Assembly: GCA_002162695.1 (NCBI GenBank)
Contig: MAAM01000013.1
Span: 14,510-78,509 of the forward strand
Source: Cycloclasticus sp. 46_120_T64
GTDB taxonomy: Bacteria > Pseudomonadota > Gammaproteobacteria > Methylococcales > Cycloclasticaceae
DNA: 64,000 nt
Direction: 5' to 3'
Made by a program: the position numbers and the translations under genes. Below the pieces are notes generated by a model. That model made no database searches and was not told where the DNA came from. It worked only from the letters and a program-made list of their open reading frames with translations. Shown here in pieces: positions 29,385-39,102 of the stretch. Each line of letters begins with the position of its first letter. The first letter of the stretch is position 1.

Positions 29385-31070
29385 ATGAACAACAACAGCT
29401 ATTCTATTACACACCTATTTAGTCTTTTCAGCGCTAGCCTTGCTACCGCCATCATCCTTGGTTTAAGCGTCAGCGCCAGCACCGATGGCTCATTAATGAG
29501 TGCCGCGCTCATTGCCGCACTCTCGGTCAGTGCGACAATGCTTCTCACCTTTTTTTTACTCTTGCGCCCCAGCCACCGATCTCTATCCAACATCAGCATT
29601 GCCTTAGAGGGTAACGAAGAACTGCATAGTACCGAGTTAACCAAGATTCAACGCAACCCGCTCATCAGCCACTTACAACGGGCACTCAATAACTACCTCG
29701 ATGAGTTCACACTATTAGCCAACAATTTAGGTAAAAGTGGTAACACCATCGCTATTGGCTCTGCTGAAGTATCCAGTTTTGTTGACAGCCTAAATCAAAC
29801 CATTCGAAACCAAACCGATAAAGCCACCCAGATTTCTAGTGCCGCCGAAGAAATATCTCAATCCACCAGTCAAATAGCCAGCATGTTATCGCAGGCTGTG
29901 GATGCAGCAGCGCGAACCCATAGCGTTTGTAACAAAGGAGAGGATGCCATCAATGCCGCCATCGATACAATTAGCAATGTCCACCAACAAGTACAAGAAT
30001 CATCGACCTCAATTAATGCACTTAAAGACAAGTCTGAAAAAATCCAATCCATTACCGAGGTCATCGATGGGGTGGCCGCACAAACAAACTTATTAGCCTT
30101 GAACGCCGCCATCGAAGCCGCTCGCGCCGGCGAACACGGCCGTGGTTTTGCGGTGGTTGCCGACGAGGTACGAGAGCTCGCCAATAAAACAGCTAAAGCC
30201 ACCAGCGATATCGCAAAAATGTTAGCCGAAATTCGCGGGGAAACCGAAACAGCCGCCACTATTATGGGCAAGTTGGTCGGCGATGTTGACGAGGTCGTCG
30301 ATAAAACAAATCTCATCGGCCACACCTTAACAACCATTAACGCAGAAGCCTCGGCATCTGAAAACCAGGCTCGTGATATTCAAGAAATGATCCAAGAACA
30401 CGTATTAGCCACCGCCGAAATTTCAAATTCTATTGAACAAGTCCGCAGCGACCTCGAGAGCACCGAAAAAGAGTCGATCAACGCCTCCTCGCAAGCGATG
30501 AATTTAGCCACTATTTCAGAGAACATTTATAATGACCTATCGGCTTTTAATGTCGATGGCGCTCACAACGAGGTAAAAAATGCGGCCATAAAAATGACCG
30601 CCGAAGTTCAAAATTTATTTGAAAGTGCCATAAAAAATCAGCAAATCACCGAAAGTAAGCTATTTGACAGCAATTATCAGCCCATTGCGGGCACTGACCC
30701 AGAAAAGTACAGTACCCAGTTCGATGATTTCTGTGATAGAAGCCTCCCTAGCATTCAAGAGAGGTACCTAAAAAGCCTACCCAACTTAATGTATTCGGCG
30801 ACGGCTAATAAAGACGGTTACTTACCGACTCATAATAATATATTTGCCAAACCACCCACCGGCAATTATGAAACCGATTTGGTTCATAGTCGCAGCAAAC
30901 GCCTCTACCAAGATCCACTGAGCTTACGCTGCGGATCGCATACCCAAGAATCACTGTTACAAACGTATAAACGAGATACCGGTGAGATTTGTCACGATAT
31001 GTCTGTTCCTTTATACATCAACGGCCGGCACTGGGGCGCAGTACGAATTGGTTATACCGCCGAAACCTAA
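29385..31070 (+). CDS. Methyl-accepting chemotaxis protein with TM hairpin, no periplasmic domain and a C-terminal PDC/Cache-like domain (copy 1)
   Basis: The 561-aa ORF has two TM helices about 5 residues apart. The MCP hairpin tip reads [46 protein letters not shown]. An extra C-terminal region of about 165 aa follows (DGYLPTHN...RSKRLYQD...[30 protein letters not shown]). Confidence 0.9.
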   Translation: MNNNSYSITHLFSLFSASLATAIILGLSVSASTDGSLMSAALIAALSVSATMLLTFFLLLRPSHRSLSNISIALEGNEELHSTELTKIQRNPLISHLQRALNNYLDEFTLLANNLGKSGNTIAIGSAEVSSFVDSLNQTIRNQTDKATQISSAAEEISQSTSQIASMLSQAVDAAARTHSVCNKGEDAINAAIDTISNVHQQVQESSTSINALKDKSEKIQSITEVIDGVAAQTNLLALNAAIEAARAGEHGRGFAVVADEVRELANKTAKATSDIAKMLAEIRGETETAATIMGKLVGDVDEVVDKTNLIGHTLTTINAEASASENQARDIQEMIQEHVLATAEISNSIEQVRSDLESTEKESINASSQAMNLATISENIYNDLSAFNVDGAHNEVKNAAIKMTAEVQNLFESAIKNQQITESKLFDSNYQPIAGTDPEKYSTQFDDFCDRSLPSIQERYLKSLPNLMYSATANKDGYLPTHNNIFAKPPTGNYETDLVHSRSKRLYQDPLSLRCGSHTQESLLQTYKRDTGEICHDMSVPLYINGRHWGAVRIGYTAET

Positions 31071-31090
31071 GCAAGCACTAAGAAATATTT

Positions 31091-31144
31091 GGCGATAAAA
31101 CTTAAGCAAACGAGCCAGCAAAACGCTTAGTTTTATCGCCTTTT
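31091..31144 (+). terminator. Long-stem terminator candidate after chemoreceptor 1
   Basis: GGCGATAAAACTTAAGC-17 nt-GCTTAGTTTTATCGCC is followed by TTTT. Confidence 0.6.
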
Positions 31145-31352
31145 CTAACCCCCTAATACCAGCCCTTAAGTTTAGGGTAACCGCCGCATATGACTAAGCC
31201 ACCCCACCTGCAAGTCTGTTGAATAAAAACAACATAATCCCGAGCTAATTTGGCCGTATTTTTTTCACTTTATAAGCATCCAAGAGCATAAAAATCCTAA
31301 GGTATCAACTACACTTAGCTAGTCCATCTCAACTTTTACAGGGAGAGGTAAC

Positions 31353-33041
31353 ATGCCCAACGACAACGCCTATTCTATTACCCAACTCTTCAGCACGTTC
31401 AGCACGAGTCTGATCACCGCATTGGCCGCTGGTTTAAGTATCAGTTACCTCAGCGAAGGCTCATTAATGAGTGGCGTGATCATCACCACCGTTGCGGTTA
31501 GTTGCAGCCAGCTAGCCAGCTTTTTCTTAATCTTACGACCTAGCTCGAAGTCCCTGACAGCCATCGCAAATGCCTTACACAATAACGAAGAAATCGATGA
31601 CACTGAAGTAAAAAAAATCCAGCAAAACCCCCTCCTAAGCCAGCTATACCAAGCACTCAATAAGCACCTCGATGAGTTCAAACTGTTAGCCAGCAATCTA
31701 GGCAAAAGTGGTAACACCATCGCCATTGGCTCTGCCGAAGTGTCGAGTTTTGTTGATGGCTTAAATCAAACCATTCAAAATCAAGCCGATAAAGCCACCC
31801 AGATATCGAGTGCCGCCGAGGAGATTTCCCAATCCACCGGCCAAATTGCCAGCATGTTATCGCAGGCAGTTGACGCCGCGGCACGCACCCACGCCGCCTG
31901 TACTGAAGGCGAAGGTGCCATCGGCGCAGCCACCAATACCATTAGTCAAGTCCAGCAACAAGTGCAAGAAACATCAACCTCAATCAATGCGCTAAAAACC
32001 AAGTCCGAGCAGATTCAATCCATCACCGATGTTATCGATGGGGTGGCCGCACAAACAAACTTATTGGCCTTAAACGCCGCTATTGAGGCCGCTCGCGCCG
32101 GCGAGCACGGTCGCGGCTTTGCAGTAGTTGCCGACGAGGTTCGAGAGCTCGCCAATAAAACTGCCTCAGCCACCAGTGATATCGCAAAAATGTTGTCTGA
32201 AATTCGCGGGGAGACCGAAACCGCCGCCAATATCATGGGCAAGCTGGTCGGCGATGTTGACGAGGTCGTCGATAAAACAAACTTAATTGGCCAAACATTG
32301 GCCAGCATTAATACCGAGGCCTCTGCATCGGAAAGCCAAGCCCGTGATATTCAAGATATGATCCAAGAGCACGTATTAGCCACCGCCGAAATTTCAAATT
32401 CTATTGAACAAGTCCGCGGTGACCTCGAGAATACCGAAAAAGAATCCGTTACTGCCTCCACCCAAGCGATGAATTTAGCCTCCATCTCAGAGCGCATCTA
32501 TAATGACCTGTCCGCCTTTAACGTAGGGGGCACTCACGATGAGGTTAAAAACTACGCGGTTGCCATGGGTACTGAAATCCAACAACTATTTGAAACCGCC
32601 ATAGAAAGCCAGCAGCTATCCGAAAGCCAGTTATTTGATACCAATTACCAAGCTATCAGTGGCACCAACCCAGAAAAATACAGCACCCAATTTGATAGCT
32701 TTTGTGACCGGAACCTACCCAGTATCCAAGAGAAATACCTACAAAATAGACCCGGCCTAATGTTTGCGGCCGTCGCCAATAAGGATGGTTATATACCGAC
32801 ACATAATAATGCCTTTGCAAAAGCCCCTACCGGCAATTATCAAACAGATTTAATCCACAGTCGTAGCAAGCGTTTATTTCAAGACCCCGTCAGTATCCGC
32901 GGCGGCAACAATACACAGGCCCCCTTATTGCAAACTTATAAACGCGACACCGGCGAAATTTGCCACGACATGTCGGTCCCCTTGTTCATCAATGGCCGAC
33001 ATTGGGGTGCGGTACGGGTTGGTTACCACGCCGAAACCTAA
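31353..33041 (+). CDS. Methyl-accepting chemotaxis protein, tandem paralog (copy 2) with the same architecture
   Basis: The 562-aa ORF is collinear with copy 1. The signalling core is nearly identical and the C-terminal domain is conserved (DGYIPTHN...RSKRLFQD...[30 protein letters not shown]). Confidence 0.9.
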   Translation: MPNDNAYSITQLFSTFSTSLITALAAGLSISYLSEGSLMSGVIITTVAVSCSQLASFFLILRPSSKSLTAIANALHNNEEIDDTEVKKIQQNPLLSQLYQALNKHLDEFKLLASNLGKSGNTIAIGSAEVSSFVDGLNQTIQNQADKATQISSAAEEISQSTGQIASMLSQAVDAAARTHAACTEGEGAIGAATNTISQVQQQVQETSTSINALKTKSEQIQSITDVIDGVAAQTNLLALNAAIEAARAGEHGRGFAVVADEVRELANKTASATSDIAKMLSEIRGETETAANIMGKLVGDVDEVVDKTNLIGQTLASINTEASASESQARDIQDMIQEHVLATAEISNSIEQVRGDLENTEKESVTASTQAMNLASISERIYNDLSAFNVGGTHDEVKNYAVAMGTEIQQLFETAIESQQLSESQLFDTNYQAISGTNPEKYSTQFDSFCDRNLPSIQEKYLQNRPGLMFAAVANKDGYIPTHNNAFAKAPTGNYQTDLIHSRSKRLFQDPVSIRGGNNTQAPLLQTYKRDTGEICHDMSVPLFINGRHWGAVRVGYHAET

Positions 33042-33043
33042 AC

Positions 33044-33589
33044 TCAGTATTTAAGAAACGTTTGACGGTAATATTTTAGCTCGTCGATCGACTCGATGAC
33101 GTCATCTAAAGCCTGATGCGTCGCCTTTTTCTTAAACCCCGACATGATTTCTGGTGCCCAGCGCGATGCCAGCTCTTTTAACGTGCTGACATCTAAATTA
33201 CGGTAGTGAAAAAACGCTTCCAATTTTGGCATGCTTTTCGCCATAAAACGTCGATCTTGACAGATACTATTGCCACACATCGGTGACGTAGCCTCTGGCA
33301 GCCACTGCTTTAAAAAGTCGATGGTTTGTTGTTCAACATCAGCCTCACTCAACGGGCTGTTTAACACTCGTTCAATCAAGCCGGATTGCCCATGGTGTTT
33401 TTGGTTCCATGCATCCATTCCATCCATCGTTTGCTTCGACTGATGTATCGCAAGAACAGGGCCTTCGGCTAATATATTCAACTCTTTATCGGTCACAATT
33501 GTGGCTATTTCAATGATAGAATCGGTGGCAGGCTCTAAGCCGGTCATTTCTAGGTCGATCCATATTAAGTTTTGTTTGTTTATCGTCAT
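33044..33589 (-). CDS. orn: Oligoribonuclease
   Basis: The 181-aa DEDDh exonuclease begins [11 protein letters not shown]. Confidence 0.95.
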   Translation of the reverse strand: MTINKQNLIWIDLEMTGLEPATDSIIEIATIVTDKELNILAEGPVLAIHQSKQTMDGMDAWNQKHHGQSGLIERVLNSPLSEADVEQQTIDFLKQWLPEATSPMCGNSICQDRRFMAKSMPKLEAFFHYRNLDVSTLKELASRWAPEIMSGFKKKATHQALDDVIESIDELKYYRQTFLKY

Positions 33590-33640
33590 CCAACGTACCT
33601 TTTGTGAGTTATAAAAACTAATTACCGTATATTAATAATT

Positions 33641-34888
33641 ATGAATGAATTCAGTTATCTTTTTTTGTTTTTTTTAACCGGCTCGGTATCACTCAAACTC
33701 TGGTTAAACGCCCGCCAAAGTAGACATATCATGTTACATCGCCAGCAAGTTCCCGATGATTTTGTTGGCAAAATCGACTTAGAGGCTCACCAAAAAGCCG
33801 CCGACTACACGATTGCAAAAACGAATATAGCGAGTATCAGCACCTTAATTTCCAGCGCTATTTTAATCATCCTGACCTTGGGCGGCGGGCTTAACCTACT
33901 GCTATCAATGTCACAAAGCTATATTGGCAGTGACATTTTGGCGGGTATCTGCCTCATCATGTCGACATTTATCCTCTCATACTTTATTGAGCTCCCGATT
34001 GATATTTACCAAACCTTCAAAATCGAACAAAAGTTTGGTTTTAACCGCACGACAACAGGGCAATTCATTAAAGACCAACTCATACAACTCGCGTTAATGC
34101 TCATCATCGGTTGTCCGCTCATTTACGCCCTACTCTGGGTGATGGGAGAAATGGGTGATTACTGGTGGTTGTACGCAGGCGTATTAACCGTTAGTTTTAC
34201 TTTTTTTATGACCTGGTTAGTACCGACCCTGATCGCGCCTTTATTTAACAAGTTCACCCCACTTGAAGATGAGCTGCTAAAAAACAAGATACAGCACTTA
34301 TTTGAGCGCTGTGGTTTTAATAGCAAGGGTATCTACGTGATGGATGGCTCTCGTCGATCCGGCCACGGCAATGCTTATTTCACCGGCATCGGTAATAATA
34401 AACGCATCGTCTTTTACGACACCTTGATCGAATCGCTCGACGCCGATGAAGTTGAGGCGGTACTCGCACACGAACTGGGCCACTTCAAGTGTAAACACGT
34501 ACGTAGGCAGATGGTTGTTTCTAGCCTAGTGACCCTCGCCGCCTTTGCTCTACTCGGCTGGCTGAAACAACAAAACTGGTTTTTTGATGGTCTAGCGGTA
34601 CTGCAAATTACCGATGCCAGTGCCTTATTACTGTTCTTATTAATAAGTCCAATTTTCAGCACCTTCATTCACCCTATTTCTAGTTATTACCAACGAAAAT
34701 TTGAATTTGAAGCCGACGCATTTGCCAGCACCATGAGTAAACCCGAATACCTCATTCAAGCCTTGGTCAAACTATACCGTGAGAACGCTAGCACGCTGAC
34801 CCCCGACCCTCTTTATTCTAGTTTTCACCATAGCCACCCCCCCGCAGGCGTGAGAATTAACCACCTTAAGAGCCTCGCTAAATGTTAA
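33641..34888 (+). CDS. Integral-membrane M48 (Ste24-type) zinc metallopeptidase
   Basis: The 415-aa ORF has several N-terminal TM helices and the HELGHFKCKH (HExxH) motif. Confidence 0.82.
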   Translation: MNEFSYLFLFFLTGSVSLKLWLNARQSRHIMLHRQQVPDDFVGKIDLEAHQKAADYTIAKTNIASISTLISSAILIILTLGGGLNLLLSMSQSYIGSDILAGICLIMSTFILSYFIELPIDIYQTFKIEQKFGFNRTTTGQFIKDQLIQLALMLIIGCPLIYALLWVMGEMGDYWWLYAGVLTVSFTFFMTWLVPTLIAPLFNKFTPLEDELLKNKIQHLFERCGFNSKGIYVMDGSRRSGHGNAYFTGIGNNKRIVFYDTLIESLDADEVEAVLAHELGHFKCKHVRRQMVVSSLVTLAAFALLGWLKQQNWFFDGLAVLQITDASALLLFLLISPIFSTFIHPISSYYQRKFEFEADAFASTMSKPEYLIQALVKLYRENASTLTPDPLYSSFHHSHPPAGVRINHLKSLAKC

Positions 34889-35775
34889 CGCCATTGCTGA
34901 CAGGGCGCATCGTTGCGCATTTGGGTAAGGCGCTACTCGTAGAAAATAACGAAGGCGTCACCTCACGTTGCAAAAAACGTAGCCAGCTTGAACAGCCCGC
35001 CGTTGGTGACTATGTTGAATGGATACAAACCGAAGAGGGAGCGGGACGAGTAGAAAAAATATTAGCACGCAAATCGCTACTCTCAAGACCGGCAAAAAAC
35101 GGTAACACTCGACCGGTCGCCGCCAACTTAAATCAAATTGTGGTTATTCTTGCGGTTAAACCCAATATCGACCCCTTGTTATTAGACCAATACCTGATCG
35201 TCTGTGAATTTCAAGAAATCGCCCCATTAATCGTGTTAAATAAAGTCGATCTGCTCGATGACGAGTCTCGACAACGTACCGATGAATTGATAGGTATTTA
35301 TAAGGCTATCGGCTATGAAATTATCGAGGTCAGCGCCGAAGAAAAAACCGGACTCGACACCTTAAGAGCACGCTTACGCGATGAAACCAGCATTTTGGTG
35401 GGACAATCTGGCGTCGGCAAGTCAAGCATTACCAACGCCTTACTGCCCGATCTAGAACTGCAAACAAAAGTTCTGTCAACAGCCTCGGGCTTGGGAAAAC
35501 ACACCACCACCGCCACCACCCTCTACAAACTACCCGAAGGTGGCGATATTATTGATAGTCCTGGAGTTAATATTTTTGGCCTCGCCCATATTACCGAGAA
35601 GACCTTAGCTTATGGTTTTAGAGAAATTCGCCAATATGCGGAGCAATGTAAGTTTTCTGACTGCATGCACTTAAAAGAACCGAAGTGCGCGGTTAAAGAC
35701 AATATAGATACGGGTAAAATCGCCAACACACGTTATTTAAGGTACCTAAAACTACGAGGTAAGCTCAGTTACTAA
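34882..35775 (+). CDS. rsgA: Ribosome small-subunit biogenesis GTPase RsgA
   Basis: The 297-aa ORF has circularly permuted G motifs (NKVDL...GQSGVGKSS) and a C-terminal zinc motif (CKFSDCMHLKEPKC). Confidence 0.93.
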   Translation: MLTPLLTGRIVAHLGKALLVENNEGVTSRCKKRSQLEQPAVGDYVEWIQTEEGAGRVEKILARKSLLSRPAKNGNTRPVAANLNQIVVILAVKPNIDPLLLDQYLIVCEFQEIAPLIVLNKVDLLDDESRQRTDELIGIYKAIGYEIIEVSAEEKTGLDTLRARLRDETSILVGQSGVGKSSITNALLPDLELQTKVLSTASGLGKHTTTATTLYKLPEGGDIIDSPGVNIFGLAHITEKTLAYGFREIRQYAEQCKFSDCMHLKEPKCAVKDNIDTGKIANTRYLRYLKLRGKLSY

Positions 35776-36116
35776 CCCGGCGGCCAGCGCATCGAACGCC
35801 CACCCATCAAGTGCAGGTGAATATGGTACACCTCTTGTCCACCGTCTTGCTTGCAGTTAAATACTGTACGGTAACCTGCGTCGGCTAAACCTTCTAACTG
35901 CGCGACCTTTTGCGCGGCTAGCATGATCTCGCCCAATAACAAACCATCGGCAGGGTCAACATCGGCCAGCGTTGGGATATGTTTTTTGGGAATAATTAAA
36001 ATGTGTACCGGTGCCTGAGGGTTTAAATCCCTAAACGCCAACACCGACTCATTTTCATACACCACATCGGGTTGAATATCACCCGTAACCATTTTACAAA
36101 ACAAACAATCACTCAT
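35772..36116 (-). CDS. HIT-family nucleotide hydrolase (HinT-like)
   Basis: The 114-aa ORF starts CLFCKMV and carries the histidine triad HIHLHLMGG. Confidence 0.88.
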   Translation of the reverse strand: MSDCLFCKMVTGDIQPDVVYENESVLAFRDLNPQAPVHILIIPKKHIPTLADVDPADGLLLGEIMLAAQKVAQLEGLADAGYRTVFNCKQDGGQEVYHIHLHLMGGRSMRWPPG

Positions 36117-36129
36117 CGTTTAACTCCTT

Positions 36130-36726
36130 TTAAACTTCGCTACGCCCAGAGAACGCATGTGACAGGGTTCCGCTATCAATATATTCTAATTCGCCACCAA
36201 ACGGTACCCCGTGCGCAATACGGGTTGTTTTAATCGCGTATTTTTTCGCCATTTCACTGATGTAATGCGCCGTTGCTTCACCTTCAACCGTCGGATTGGT
36301 CGCCAAGATAATCTCCTCAATCAGTCCTTGTTGAAACCTTGCCGATAATTTATCCAGACCAATATCCGCAGGCCCTAAACCATCTAACGGAGATAAACGC
36401 CCATTCAGTACAAAGTACAGGCCCTTAAATGAAGTCGCCGCCTCCACCGCCATCACATCGGCGGGGGTTTCAACCACACATAATAATGTTTGTTCACGGC
36501 GCTGGTCCGAACACAGACCGCACACGGCCGATGAGGTGAGGGTTTGGCAGGTCTCACAATGAGAGACCTTATCCACCGCGTCGGCCAAACTTTGTGCCAA
36601 TTTAAAAGCCCCTTGGCGATCGCGTTCTAATAAATGAAACGCCATCCGCTGCGCCGTTTTCTGCCCTACACCAGGCAAACAGCGTAATGCTTGCATTAAC
36701 TCGTGGAGAACCGGCTCAAACTGCAT
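36130..36726 (-). CDS. recR: Recombination protein RecR
   Basis: The 198-aa ORF has an HhH N-terminus, a C4 zinc finger (CETC...CGLC) and a Toprim domain. Confidence 0.96.
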   Translation of the reverse strand: MQFEPVLHELMQALRCLPGVGQKTAQRMAFHLLERDRQGAFKLAQSLADAVDKVSHCETCQTLTSSAVCGLCSDQRREQTLLCVVETPADVMAVEAATSFKGLYFVLNGRLSPLDGLGPADIGLDKLSARFQQGLIEEIILATNPTVEGEATAHYISEMAKKYAIKTTRIAHGVPFGGELEYIDSGTLSHAFSGRSEV

Positions 36727-37052
36727 TAGAACGGTAGTTTAAAACCTGGAGGTAGAGGAATACCGGCGGTCACACCAGACATATTATCTTTGCTGGCAGT
36801 CTCCACCTTGCGTACCGCGTCATTAATCGCCGCAACAATCAGGTCCTCTAACATTTCTTGATCATTTTCCGCGTACAAGCTCGCGTCAACTTTAATCCCA
36901 CGTGCCTCGTGTTTACCGGTCATGGTTAATTTAACCATGCCACCACCAGACTCGCCGATTACTTCTAACTCAGCGAGTTTTTGTTGCGCTTCTTGCATTT
37001 TTTCCTGCATTTTTTGCGCTTGCTGCATTAAATCGCCCAATTGGTTTTTCAT
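36726..37052 (-). CDS. ybaB: Nucleoid-associated protein YbaB/EbfC (start moved to MKNQLGDLMQQAQKMQ)
   Basis: This is a conserved 108-aa family. GGAG lies 7 nt upstream of the ATG. The longer ORF-track start would overlap dnaX. Confidence 0.92.
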   Translation of the reverse strand: MKNQLGDLMQQAQKMQEKMQEAQQKLAELEVIGESGGGMVKLTMTGKHEARGIKVDASLYAENDQEMLEDLIVAAINDAVRKVETASKDNMSGVTAGIPLPPGFKLPF

Positions 37053-37074
37053 TTTTTTCTCCGTACTGTCTTTA

Positions 37075-38799
37075 TTAATCGACTGGTTTGATTGAGCCGT
37101 CAATAACCTTGGCATCGAACAACTCGGTAATTTTCTGTACCGAGCGGTGACTCATCACTTCCTGCTCGGCTTGTTGCTGCCTGTCGGCTACTTTTTTATT
37201 GGTGATGCTATTCGGTGTTAATAAGTCCTTAGCGCCTTCAGTTAACACTAATTGCAACTTGCGACCATAATGATCCGATAAGGCCTGCTGTAACTTCTGT
37301 TCTGATTTTTTATTTAACGATACGTGGCCACCCATCAGCAACAACTCACACTCGCTGTCATCAAGCCGCAACAAGCTGGCATTGTTAGCCAACTGCAGGG
37401 TCATCGGATCTAAACCTAGGCTTAACACTAATGTTTGCCACTCGAGTGCCGCTTCAGTGGCTATCCTCGGCTCTTTTTTTTTATCGCTACCCGCCGGCTG
37501 AGTCGCTGCGGTTGTTAATGGCGTCAGATTCTCAGGACTTTTTTTTTCCGGAATAGTCAGTCTAGGGGCTTTTTTTCGCACGGTATTATCGGCGACTGGA
37601 GCTCGATCATTACTGGCCGACACCGGTGCTGTTTGGCGCTCAGCCGTATTAACCAGTGGCTGTGTTTGAACTGCTGGTTGCGGCGTGGGCGCCGTAGTCG
37701 CAAGCGGCTCGTCTCGACTCGCCTGCATTTCTGCTGGCGCAAAAGCCAACATACGCAATAACACCATTTCGAAGCCGACCCTAGGGTTCGGGGCTAACGG
37801 CAGGTCTTTTTGCCCAATCAAAGCAATCTGATAATACAACTGCACGTCTTCACAACTTAATTGCCCCGCCAGATCCGTCAGCGTCTGATCACTGTTGTTA
37901 GCACCGCTTATTTGGCATAAGGCAATTTGATGCAAAAACAATAATAAGGACTGCAATACTTCGGCGTAATCGGGGGCGAATTCGTCTAAGGCTTGAATGC
38001 TGTCTAACACTTGCGAAGCTTGTTTTGTTAACAAGGCCTCAAGTAGATCGAGTACCGGCTGCCGCGCCACGCTACCCAACATATCCAGTACATCGGGTTC
38101 ATTTAGCTGACCATTACCATGCACAATGGCTTGGTCTAATAAACTCAGGCCATCGCGCATACTACCATCGGCAGCGCGTGCTAATAACTCAGTGGCCTGG
38201 TTCTGATACTCGATGCCCTCAGCCGCTAAGATAAACTTAAACTGCCCTTCAATTTGCTCAGGTAACAAACGCTTCAAATTAAACTGCAAACAACGTGATA
38301 ACACCGTGACCGGCATTTTTTGTGGGTCAGTGGTCGCGAGCAGGAACTTCACGTGTTCAGGGGGCTCTTCTAAGGTTTTCAGCAGCGCATTGAAGCTGCT
38401 TTTAGAAAACATATGCACTTCATCGATCAAATACACCTTGTACTTGCCTCGACTGGGTGAATATTGCACGTTCTCCAGCAAGTCACGGGTATCATCGACA
38501 CCCGTTCTAGAGGCCGCATCCACTTCGATTAAATCGGGGTAACAACCTTGATCTACGTCCAAGCAGGTATCACATTGACCACAAGGTTCTGCAGCCTGCG
38601 CGTTAGGGCAATTCAGTGCTTTAGCTAAGACTCGCGCAATGGTCGTTTTACCGACTCCACGCGTGCCAGTAAATAGGTAAGCATGGTGTAAACGGTCGTG
38701 TTCTAGCCCATTAACTAAAGCTCGAACCACGTGCTCTTGCCCAACTACTTGAGCAAAATTTAAAGGACGCCATTTTCTTGCAAATACTTTATAACTCAT
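37075..38799 (-). CDS. dnaX: DNA polymerase III subunit tau (full-length dnaX product)
   Basis: The 574-aa ORF has an AAA+ N-terminus (GTRGVGKTT, zinc module CGQCDTC, SRC motif LSRC). A Pro/Ala/Thr-rich linker and the C-terminal tau-specific region follow. Confidence 0.96.
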   Translation of the reverse strand: MSYKVFARKWRPLNFAQVVGQEHVVRALVNGLEHDRLHHAYLFTGTRGVGKTTIARVLAKALNCPNAQAAEPCGQCDTCLDVDQGCYPDLIEVDAASRTGVDDTRDLLENVQYSPSRGKYKVYLIDEVHMFSKSSFNALLKTLEEPPEHVKFLLATTDPQKMPVTVLSRCLQFNLKRLLPEQIEGQFKFILAAEGIEYQNQATELLARAADGSMRDGLSLLDQAIVHGNGQLNEPDVLDMLGSVARQPVLDLLEALLTKQASQVLDSIQALDEFAPDYAEVLQSLLLFLHQIALCQISGANNSDQTLTDLAGQLSCEDVQLYYQIALIGQKDLPLAPNPRVGFEMVLLRMLAFAPAEMQASRDEPLATTAPTPQPAVQTQPLVNTAERQTAPVSASNDRAPVADNTVRKKAPRLTIPEKKSPENLTPLTTAATQPAGSDKKKEPRIATEAALEWQTLVLSLGLDPMTLQLANNASLLRLDDSECELLLMGGHVSLNKKSEQKLQQALSDHYGRKLQLVLTEGAKDLLTPNSITNKKVADRQQQAEQEVMSHRSVQKITELFDAKVIDGSIKPVD

Positions 38800-38868
38800 A
38801 GTTCAATAGGGTAACAAAGCGTTGAAGTAATTGTGCGATTTTTTTAGCGCCAGATGGGCTAATGAATG

Positions 38869-38985
38869 GGTGGTAACTCATGCCAGCCACACCCCGGCAC
38901 ACGATTCCGTCGCTGCCGTTGCTCCCTTCCGGGCCTGGCGGAGTTCACGACTTCACGTTGCGAGGGGACCGACATGAGTCACCAT
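38869..38985 (-). ncRNA. ffs: Signal recognition particle RNA (4.5S-type)
   Basis: The minus strand contains the conserved domain IV core CCAGGCCCGGAAGGGAGCAACGGCAGC, with a GGAA tetraloop. The 5' arm GGUGACUCAUGUCGG pairs with the 3' arm GGCAUGAGUUACC. It lies immediately upstream of dnaX, as in many bacteria. Confidence 0.85.
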
Positions 38986-39102
38986 TGTTCGTTGGTGCAA
39001 ATTAGGATGAGGATTGTCCACCATTGCGTTCCATCAATCAAGGAGGGACAATGAACTTTTATACTTTATTTACAATAAATAGCCTTTTTTACGATATTAA
39101 CC

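Noticed and set aside
29870-30337. 155-aa antisense ORF inside chemoreceptor 1, and its counterpart at 32015-32308 inside chemoreceptor 2
   Set aside because: Its conservation between the two loci is explained by the paralogy of the sense genes. The antisense frame of Ala/Glu-rich coiled-coil coding sequence is stop-poor, and there is no RBS or independent signal.
31234-31260. Possible sigma28 promoter for chemoreceptor 2 (ATAA-N15-GCCGTATT); also TTAAGTTT-N9-GCCGCATA at about 31167-31190
   Set aside because: The -35 matches are poor or the spacing is wrong by 2 nt. I cannot distinguish these from chance, so they are left unannotated.
37053-37115. N-terminal extension of ybaB (MPRLLTAQSNQSINKDSTEKK)
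   Set aside because: It overlaps the dnaX 3' end. The internal ATG has a GGAG Shine-Dalgarno and gives the canonical YbaB protein of about 108 aa.
38866-39054. 62-aa plus-strand ORF (MGGNSCQPHPGTRFRRCRC...)
   Set aside because: It lies antisense to, and is almost fully covered by, the SRP RNA gene (conserved CCGGAAGGGAGCA core on the minus strand). Its Cys/Arg/His-rich composition is typical of translating a structured RNA gene.
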